Positions 20,118-26,738 of a stretch of 64,000 nt of DNA are shown piece after piece (position 1 is the first letter of the stretch; each line of letters begins with the position of its first letter). The stretch lies in sequence record NC_049383.1; one strand, 5' to 3'. The notes under the pieces are model-generated. The model did not search any database. It saw only the letters and a list, made by a program, of their open reading frames with translations, and was not told the origin of the DNA. Made by a program: the position numbers and the translations under genes.

Positions 20118-20732
20118 ATGATTGAACAAATTGAACTACAAGAACAACCACCATTACAAGAACAACCACATATAGTAATTCAACCAATCCCTGATGATTC
20201 GGATATTCCTAGTGGTGAACCACCAATTAAAGCACCAACACCGAGAAAAGTTCCATTAAGTGTTACTCCAACAATTAAATTAAGAGGTAAGGATGTGGCA
20301 ATTGATAAAATTGATTTGGGTGGTGTTTTCAGAAACCCTTTGGATAACAAAGAAATTACTAAAAAAGGTAAAAAAGCAATTGATGATGCTTTAGAATTAG
20401 AAACAAAAAAGGTACAACATATTGTAGATATTGCTGAGAATATCGCATTAAATATTTCACCAAAAGAAGGTGAGACAGTTAATGAAGACACTTTAGATAC
20501 AGTTTTATCTGAGATTGCAAGTCAAGGACAATATGATGATTTATTAGCAGTCAAGAGACTTTTTGCAATTTCTTTTTCGTCATATAATAAAGGTTTATCC
20601 GAAAGGACTAAAAATAGATTTGGTTTATCTAATGACTTAAAGGTTATTGAACCATTTGACCCTTTTGATAAAAAAGATAGTAAAGATGATGAAGACCAAA
20701 CACCAATAGAGGAACATCATAATAATAATTAA
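20118..20732 (+). CDS. Hypothetical protein with Pro-rich N terminus
   Basis: 204-aa ORF followed by terminator at about 20740-20772. Confidence 0.55.
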   Translation: MIEQIELQEQPPLQEQPHIVIQPIPDDSDIPSGEPPIKAPTPRKVPLSVTPTIKLRGKDVAIDKIDLGGVFRNPLDNKEITKKGKKAIDDALELETKKVQHIVDIAENIALNISPKEGETVNEDTLDTVLSEIASQGQYDDLLAVKRLFAISFSSYNKGLSERTKNRFGLSNDLKVIEPFDPFDKKDSKDDEDQTPIEEHHNNN

Positions 20733-20802
20733 CTATTTAAAAATCCGATTTTTATAAGAATCGGATTTTTTGTATAAAAATTACATTTTTCTACAAAAAA
20801 AT

Positions 20803-20833
20803 TTTGCAGGTAATTAGAAAAGTTATATATTTG
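20803..20833 (+). promoter_or_regulatory. Bacteroidota housekeeping-type promoter for the tRNA cluster
   Basis: TTTG (20803) - 19 nt - TATATTTG (20826). Confidence 0.75.
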
Positions 20834-20849
20834 CATAAGTAATAACAAA

Positions 20850-20923
20850 GCCGAGTTGGTCGAGTGGTTAAGACGCAAGACTCTAAATCTTCGAAATCAC
20901 GGGTTCGAATCCCGTACTCGGCA
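20850..20923 (+). tRNA. Amber suppressor tRNA, anticodon CTA (reads UAG)
   Basis: Acceptor GCCGAGT/ACTCGGC-A, D arm GTC/GAC, anticodon arm CAAGA-CTCTAAA-TCTTC, T arm ACGGG-TTCGAAT-CCCGT; CCA not encoded. Confidence 0.88.
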
Positions 20924-21081
20924 CAAAGTTCTTTTGTGTAGCTCGATAGAGAAAAGTGCGTTTTATCACAGGTCTATCCGAAATATCGAGAGCAGGTAAC
21001 TTAGATGAAGGTTATCACTAGGACTTTAATTTTTATTGTAGTTGATAAGGTGAACCAATTAATGTCACCAAACTTACTACA

Positions 21082-21158
21082 GATGGTGTGTTGACATAGT
21101 GATTTGTATTGCCGATTGTAAAAACATTATAACCGTAGTTCGAATCCACCACACGTCA
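21082..21158 (+). pseudogene. Degenerate tRNA-like sequence
   Basis: GTTCGAATCC T loop, bulged acceptor GATG-G-TGT/ACA-CGTC; no clean anticodon arm. Confidence 0.4.
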
Positions 21159-21168
21159 CAAACTAAAA

Positions 21169-21358
21169 GCCCTAATTGGGTCAACTATTGGAGAATGGTT
21201 TAGAACAACCAACCGCCAATTAAAATAATGTAAGGTGAAAATCAGTTATTAGTTGAATGCTGATATGGTAATTTTAATACTAAATTATTCCGAACCCATT
21301 TGCGCTAGGGTCATGTATTAAAAGTAAGTAACCACCATAGTCTAAAAAGAGTTACTTA
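21169..21358 (+). ncRNA. Candidate multibranched structured RNA in tRNA cluster
   Basis: GCCCTA/TAGGGT and TGGGT/ACCCA closing stems, GGTT/AACC, ATCAG/CTGAT internal hairpins, TAAGTAAC/GTTACTTA 3' hairpin. Confidence 0.4.
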
Positions 21359-21361
21359 AAT

Positions 21362-21440
21362 GGTTGTATAGCTCAGTTGGTAGAGCGTTCGCGGGTATAT
21401 TACCCTCGAAAGGTCGCAGGTTCGAGTCCTGTTACAACCA
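21362..21440 (+). tRNA. Atypical tRNA-like RNA with extended anticodon arm, copy 1
   Basis: Canonical acceptor GGTTGTA/TACAACC, D arm GCTC/GAGC, T arm; anticodon arm 23 nt TTCG-C-GGG-TATATTA-CCC-T-CGAA instead of 17. Confidence 0.8.
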
Positions 21441-21447
21441 CGAATTA

Positions 21448-21521
21448 GGATATGGTGTTTAATTAGGACAGAACGCGCCTATTTACGGTATAGGTTCTGT
21501 GGTAGAATCACATCATATTCA
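21448..21521 (+). tRNA. Atypical tRNA-like RNA (ACG at anticodon position, non-canonical T loop)
   Basis: GGATATG/CATATTC acceptor, GTTT/GAAC D stem, CCTAT-TTACGGT-ATAGG, T loop GTAGAAT lacks TTC. Confidence 0.5.
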
Positions 21522-21524
21522 TTT

Positions 21525-21597
21525 GGTCTTGAAGTTAGTGGGTTTTAACACTATACGCGGAGTATAGAGGTCACAGGTTCGAATCCTGTCTTGACCA
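21525..21597 (+). tRNA. Atypical tRNA-like RNA (no U33, CGG at anticodon position)
   Basis: Canonical T arm ACAGG-TTCGAAT-CCTGT, D stem GTTA/TAAC, CTATAC-GCGGA-GTATAG arm, acceptor with two T-T mismatches. Confidence 0.6.
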
Positions 21598-21600
21598 CGA

Positions 21601-21724
21601 CTGTTTGTAAATCGAACTATAATAGATTTATAATGAATCAAACCTTTATAGAGGTGGTGGATTCCCTGTGATAACTCAATATCACCAGTTAGGATAGGTG
21701 AAGACTATTATGTGAAGTCCTAAC
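21601..21724 (+). ncRNA. Candidate structured RNA between tRNA-like genes
   Basis: TGTAAATC/GATTTATA, GTGATA/TATCAC and GTTAGGAT/GTCCTAAC stems. Confidence 0.35.
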
Positions 21725-21728
21725 ATTT

Positions 21729-21807
21729 GGTTGTATAGCTCAGTTGGTAGAGCGTTCGCGGGTATATTACCCTCGAAAGGTCGCAGGTTCAAGTCCTGCT
21801 ACAACCA
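21729..21807 (+). tRNA. Atypical tRNA-like RNA with extended anticodon arm, copy 2
   Basis: Identical to 21362-21440 except two structure-compatible T-arm changes. Confidence 0.8.
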
Positions 21808-21839
21808 CAATTAATTTCTTAATTATAAATATAATAAGT

Positions 21840-22082
21840 ATGGCAAATGATTTACTGAAACATGGTGATAAAATTCAATTTGTTGTTTATGGATTCTCAA
21901 AGGATGATACTGATTTGAATATTGAGGGTGAAAACGTTTCATTTTCGCAGTTATACGGTATGTATGGGTGTCAAATAAATAATGATGAAAATAATGAAGA
22001 AGTCGCTAGAAAGTGTAAACAAGTTGCTGATTTATTAGTAGAAATTAGAAAATTAAGTAAACCAAATGAAAAAACAAGTTAA
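21840..22082 (+). CDS. Hypothetical protein
   Basis: True start likely ATG 21840 after TATAAATA (21824); track start 21744 lies inside a tRNA. Confidence 0.6.
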   Translation: MANDLLKHGDKIQFVVYGFSKDDTDLNIEGENVSFSQLYGMYGCQINNDENNEEVARKCKQVADLLVEIRKLSKPNEKTS

Positions 22083-22536
22083 AAACGTTTCTGAATATCT
22101 AACGGAAGCCATGTTATCAAATCACTTACTTGAACGTTTATCGGGTAGAGTTGAGAAGTTTAATGAGGTAGATTTACCAAAGCAAAAGAAGCAAGAAATA
22201 TTAGATAATATTGAAAATGTTTCAAAGTTGAATTTTCCAAGTAATAAGGATTATGCTGTTATGGTTGGTTACTTCTCTATAAATCAAAAATCGGATTTAT
22301 ATGTTGAAGAACCTACAGGAAAGTATTATAGAATTTATGATTTCTTAGGTGTTGATTCAACAGGAAATCAAATTTGGATTATTATTAGAAGTGGAAATAT
22401 AGTTTCTGTAATGCTTAGAAAAGGTATTCAACCAGTAGAAAATATGAGAGTTGATGTTGTTGTAAAGAACATTAACAAGTTCATTAAAAACTTTAAAACT
22501 GGTGGTAGTAGAGGTAAAAAGAATCGTAAAAAGTAA
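22066..22536 (+). CDS. Hypothetical protein, putative processed virion protein
   Basis: N-terminal EYLTEA; basic C-terminal tail. Confidence 0.55.
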   Translation: MKKQVKNVSEYLTEAMLSNHLLERLSGRVEKFNEVDLPKQKKQEILDNIENVSKLNFPSNKDYAVMVGYFSINQKSDLYVEEPTGKYYRIYDFLGVDSTGNQIWIIIRSGNIVSVMLRKGIQPVENMRVDVVVKNINKFIKNFKTGGSRGKKNRKK

Positions 22537-22559
22537 TCATATTAAAAAACTATTATTAA

Positions 22560-22841
22560 ATGACAAAAGAAGTATTCTTAGAGCAAAACGAAGGCAAAAT
22601 CATTGATTTTTACGCTGATTGGTGTAGTCCTTGTAAAGTATTAAAACCTAAATTAGAATCAATTAATGAAGATGATTCTGATTTAGAAGTGAATTTTGTT
22701 AACGTTGGTGAACAAGCTGAAATCGGTGCTATGTTTAATGTTCGTTCAATCCCAACATTATTATATGTTAAAGATGGTGAGACTCATGTTATTACAGCTC
22801 GTGATGTTAACGGAATTAAGGCACAAGTAGAAGAAATTTAA
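22560..22841 (+). CDS. trxA: Thioredoxin
   Basis: IDFYADWCSPCKVLKP, VRSIPTLL. Confidence 0.9.
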   Translation: MTKEVFLEQNEGKIIDFYADWCSPCKVLKPKLESINEDDSDLEVNFVNVGEQAEIGAMFNVRSIPTLLYVKDGETHVITARDVNGIKAQVEEI

Positions 22842-22861
22842 ACCAAAAACAAATATAAATT

Positions 22862-23299
22862 ATGAAGTATTTCTTAGTATCTATTGCACACCAAGTGGAA
22901 ATTCCACAGGAAGATGCAAACAAAGACCCAAAAATTAAAACAAAGAAGGATAAAGTTTTAGTTGAAGCAGAAAATTATGGTGATGCTGAAAAACAATCTT
23001 ATGAGTATGCTGAACAACACTCATTAAAAACCTTTTCTGTTGAATCAATCACTATTAAAAACATTTCTCGTGTTTATGTTGATAAAGATTCTGTTGGTGA
23101 AAATTCTGCTTACTTTGATGTAACAACAAAGTATGAGTATGAAGATGATAAAGGTAAAACTAAAGTTGAGAAATCAAATGTTGTTATCGAAGCATCTAAT
23201 TTGGATAGTGCATATAAATTCTGTTTAAATGAATTTGAGGATGAGAAAATCCACAAATTAGAATCATCAGTTATTGTAGATACTGTTCTACAAGAGTAA
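22862..23299 (+). CDS. DUF4494-like protein (Bacteroidota-type)
   Basis: Two-repeat pattern LVEAENYGDAEK / VVIEASNLDSA recalled from DUF4494. Confidence 0.55.
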   Translation: MKYFLVSIAHQVEIPQEDANKDPKIKTKKDKVLVEAENYGDAEKQSYEYAEQHSLKTFSVESITIKNISRVYVDKDSVGENSAYFDVTTKYEYEDDKGKTKVEKSNVVIEASNLDSAYKFCLNEFEDEKIHKLESSVIVDTVLQE

Positions 23300-23344
23300 A
23301 AAAATCACCCAATTGGGTGATTTTTTATTTTTCGACACTTTTTA

Positions 23345-23375
23345 TTTGGTTGTTCAGAATAAATCATTATATTTG
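23345..23375 (+). promoter_or_regulatory. Bacteroidota-type promoter of the Pth2-like/HD gene
   Basis: TTTG (23345) - 19 nt - TATATTTG (23368). Confidence 0.75.
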
Positions 23376-23412
23376 TAACTCAAATTAATGTTTAACTTAA
23401 ATTTTTTATATT

Positions 23413-24366
23413 ATGAAATAGATAACCAAAAATTCAAATCGTTCTAACAAGGTTGAGCAAAGTCAAAAATTTAGAATTATAACACGCTCAGATTTAAGTG
23501 TTGGTCAAGCTGTTGTTCAAACAGCCCATGTAGCCGCGGAATTTCAAATGAATTTCCCAACCGAATATGAAACATGGTTAAAAACAAATAGAAGTATAAT
23601 TACATTTTCGGCAAAGAATGGTAAAGAACTTCTCGAATATGAGACACTCTTAAAATCAAAGGGAGTCCAAACCTATAGGTTCTATGAACCCGATTATAAT
23701 CAAATAACGGGTATCGGAATAGTACCTAGTGACCAAGCTAGAAAAATGACATCATCTTTAAAACTTTTTAGACATACACAACAAGAAATGTATTTCGACG
23801 AGGTTACAAGAGATATGAGTCGTACCGAACAAATGGATAACCTTTCCGTACTACAACATGGTGAAATGGTACACGACTATTATAAAATGATAGTTTCAAA
23901 TCAAATGTGTAACCTTTCAAAATTTGAAAAAGTACCTAAATGGTTACTCGAAAATAAAGCGTATATTCTAAATGAATTGTCTAAATTTGATTTCAACGCA
24001 ATCAAAGATTATCAAATAATGCATGATTTGGGTAAACCATACTGTATTCAAATTGATGAAAATGGTAGAAGACATTTCCCGAACCACGCGCAAGTTTCAT
24101 ATGATACTTGGAAAAAGTTAAATGGTGACCCTTTTGTTGGTAACTTAATACTTAATGATATGAAAATGCATACAATGAAGGCATCAGATATTGAAGACTT
24201 TATGAAAATAGAGGGTTACTTAATATTAATGGTAACATCAGTTGCTGAATTATACGCAAATGCTGAAATGTTTGGTGGTTATGAATCAACTTCATTCAAA
24301 ATTAAATTCAAACAGTTAGAAAAGAGAGGAAATGCTATCTTTAGAATCATAAATGAATCTAAGTAA
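23413..24366 (+). CDS. Pth2 (peptidyl-tRNA hydrolase II)-like domain fused to an HD domain; in-frame TAG at codon 3
   Basis: ATG AAA TAG then an open frame: KFRIITRSDLSVGQAVVQTAHVAAEF...W...FYEPDYNQITGIGIVP (Pth2/PTRHD1-like); C half VLQH...MHDLGKP...HFPNHA (HD). Confidence 0.75.
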
Positions 24367-24479
24367 AAACAAACCCATCAAAAATTTGATGGGTTTTTCT
24401 AAAAAATTATAAAAATAATCCGTTTCAAGTTTGTTGGAATGGATTATTTATTTTAAATTTGTCATATAATTAAATAAAA

Positions 24480-25280
24480 ATGAAAACATTAGATTTATTA
24501 CTTAAAAAATTAGAACCATTAACAAAACAAGTTGTTCAAAACACAATTGAATACTATAAAGAGGAAGGTTTTAACTTCACTAAATGGACTGAAAAGGAAG
24601 TTCGTTTACAAACACAATACGACATAATAAATGCATTCACTAAGTATGTTAAATCTGATTCTAAAATAATCAAATTAACAGCAAACATCAGAGCAGGTAA
24701 AATCGTTGTTTATATGATTATAGAACAAGATGGTGAAAGACATCCATTAGAGACAGAGGTTATAATATGTGGTGGTCACTCTGTTCAACGAATCCACTAT
24801 AGATATATTACGAAAACTTCATTAAAAAGAATAGTGGATTCTTTTAGTAAAGAAACTACAAAGATTGCAAAAAAGCGTTTATCTAGCGTTGAAAAATTGA
24901 TTGAAACACAAGGTATTTTAGATAGTGTTAAAATCAAACTAAAAGAAGATAAAAATAAATTAAGCATTCTTAGAAATTTTAAAAAAGAAGATATCATAGC
25001 AAATTGTGAAAATGGATTTGATAAACTTTACAACACTTCATTTGAAGATATTTCTAAAAATGACCCTGAAAGGTTAAAGTGTATTGCTAAAAATTATGGT
25101 GTTGAATCATTTGATGAGAAAACTTGGAATAAATATCGTGAAGAAAATATCTATCGTGATGCAATAAAAGCACTTTATGATTCCAAAGTTAAAATATTAA
25201 CATCAACTATAAAAAGTCAAACTGAAAGATTAACTAGGTTGGAATCAGATGTTAAGAAATATAAAGAGTTATCTAAGTAA
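24480..25280 (+). CDS. Hypothetical phage protein
   Basis: ORF after terminator/promoter; GGHSVQRIHYRY motif, coiled-coil C terminus. Confidence 0.6.
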   Translation: MKTLDLLLKKLEPLTKQVVQNTIEYYKEEGFNFTKWTEKEVRLQTQYDIINAFTKYVKSDSKIIKLTANIRAGKIVVYMIIEQDGERHPLETEVIICGGHSVQRIHYRYITKTSLKRIVDSFSKETTKIAKKRLSSVEKLIETQGILDSVKIKLKEDKNKLSILRNFKKEDIIANCENGFDKLYNTSFEDISKNDPERLKCIAKNYGVESFDEKTWNKYREENIYRDAIKALYDSKVKILTSTIKSQTERLTRLESDVKKYKELSK

Positions 25281-25372
25281 AAAAATTGAAAGTTTTTTGG
25301 TTTTGTCATTGCAGAACTAAAAAACTTTCTTATATTTGTAGTGTATTTATTTAACAACAAAAACAAATTAAG

Positions 25373-25675
25373 ATGAGCTTTTACAATACAATTTTAGAAC
25401 AATTAGGTGGGAACAAATTTTTAACTATGACAGGTGTGACTAACTTAATTAAATCTGATAAAGATTTATACTTATCAATGAAATTAAGAAGAAATAAATC
25501 TAAAGCTCAATATTTAAAGATTACTTTGAATGCTAATGATACTTACACAATGGAATTTTCTAAATTCAATAAACAATTTGATAAGACTGTTGTATCATTA
25601 CACGAAAATGTTTACTGTGATATGTTAACAAAAATTTTCGAAGACGTTACTGGATTTTATACAAAATTATTCTAA
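25373..25675 (+). CDS. Hypothetical phage early protein
   Basis: ILEQLGG...MTG...VYCDML..IFE.VTG.YT pattern; follows promoter cassette. Confidence 0.6.
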   Translation: MSFYNTILEQLGGNKFLTMTGVTNLIKSDKDLYLSMKLRRNKSKAQYLKITLNANDTYTMEFSKFNKQFDKTVVSLHENVYCDMLTKIFEDVTGFYTKLF

Positions 25676-25676
25676 T

Positions 25677-25907
25677 ATGTTAAACGATAGATTTAATAAT
25701 AGATTTACAGCACCAAAGTCTAGGAAGTCTCATAAAAGAGTTCCTAGACGCTTAAAGAAGCGTTTTAAGATAGTTTTTAGTGATAGATATGATTTTCTAT
25801 CACTTGACCAAAAAATATGGTTTATAGGTTGGGAAATTAACCCTGATTATAATCAATTTTTAATTAATAAAATTATAGAAGATGAAAAACAAACTATGCG
25901 AGATTAG
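25677..25907 (+). CDS. Hypothetical basic protein
   Basis: Operon ORF, TAG stop. Confidence 0.5.
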   Translation: MLNDRFNNRFTAPKSRKSHKRVPRRLKKRFKIVFSDRYDFLSLDQKIWFIGWEINPDYNQFLINKIIEDEKQTMRD

Positions 25908-26022
25908 AGAGAAGTTATATCAAGCTATGGAATCGGGTGATAAAATAGATATGGGTTTCGCTATAAACGATTTAGATACGTTCATTTATAATAATAAAGA
26001 GAAGTTGGAATCATTTGTTTAA
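25882..26022 (+). CDS. Small hypothetical protein (46 aa, not in ORF track)
   Basis: MKNKLCEIREKLYQAMESGDKIDMGFAINDLDTFIYNNKEKLESFV fills the gap. Confidence 0.45.
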   Translation: MKNKLCEIREKLYQAMESGDKIDMGFAINDLDTFIYNNKEKLESFV

Positions 26023-26083
26023 AGGTTTTTCATAAGATGTTTTAAAATGTGAATAAAGATATTAACATTAAAACATTATTAAG

Positions 26084-26293
26084 ATGAACAAACTTTTTAT
26101 AATTGAAAGAACTGATAGTATTGGATGGGATGAGTATATTTCTGTATTAGTATCGGCTAATGATAAATTTCACGCTATAAGGATTGCAAATGAATTAAAC
26201 ACGAGATTTAAAATTAACGTTGTTAAAACTAAATTTATCGGAACGACCAATGAACCTTACGGGGTGCTTATGGATTCTTTCTTAAATGGTTAA
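26084..26293 (+). CDS. Hypothetical protein
   Basis: ORF ending at convergent terminator. Confidence 0.55.
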   Translation: MNKLFIIERTDSIGWDEYISVLVSANDKFHAIRIANELNTRFKINVVKTKFIGTTNEPYGVLMDSFLNG

Positions 26294-26296
26294 AGT

Positions 26297-26329
26297 AAAA
26301 AGCCCTTTCAGAAATGAAAGGGCTTTTTT
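26297..26329. terminator. Bidirectional intrinsic terminator
   Basis: aaaaagccctttca-gaaa-tgaaagggcttttt between convergent genes. Confidence 0.9.
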
Positions 26330-26367
26330 AAGAAAAATATAAAATCATCCGATAGGATTTGTGAAGT

Positions 26368-26562
26368 TTATATACTATACCATTCGCGAAGTCGCTGTAA
26401 TGGTTTCATAGACTCAACTAAAATAACTTCACAAGCTAGTATGAGTCCTGATGTTAAACGATTTGTAAAAGCACGAACAGGTAAAGACCTTTTCAAAAGG
26501 TTATTTTCCCAATCATACTTTAATGTTTCCGTTTTTTCCAAATGTTTAAATCTATTTTCCAT
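26368..26562 (-). CDS. Small hypothetical protein in structural operon
   Basis: Last ORF of minus-strand block. Confidence 0.5.
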   Translation of the reverse strand: MENRFKHLEKTETLKYDWENNLLKRSLPVRAFTNRLTSGLILACEVILVESMKPLQRLREWYSI

Positions 26563-26720
26563 TATGAATATTCTGATGTGTTACTCCAAGCAGATTTCCA
26601 AAAGCTTTTCTTTTTACTCCAAGCTTTTTTACCTGCCTTTTTTAGACGTTCTTTAGCTTTTTTCAATCTCGATTCTTCGACTGCTACAAGCTCTTCAAAT
26701 ACGTGTTCTAAATTTTTCAT
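26562..26720 (-). CDS. Small basic protein (52 aa, not in ORF track)
   Basis: MKNLEHVFEELVAVEESRLKKAKERLKKAGKKAWSKKKSFWKSAWSNTSEYS; TAATG coupling to next gene. Confidence 0.55.
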   Translation of the reverse strand: MKNLEHVFEELVAVEESRLKKAKERLKKAGKKAWSKKKSFWKSAWSNTSEYS

Positions 26721-26738
26721 TGTTCGTTTGATTTATTA

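Noticed and set aside
20850-20923. Pyrrolysine tRNA
   Set aside because: Shares the CUA loop but has a normal D loop with GG, TTCGA T loop and two-base 8/9 linker, unlike tRNA-Pyl; no pyl genes in window
21744-21839. 5' extension of ORF 21744-22082
   Set aside because: Runs through tRNA-like copy 2; ATG 21840 after TATAAATA is the better start
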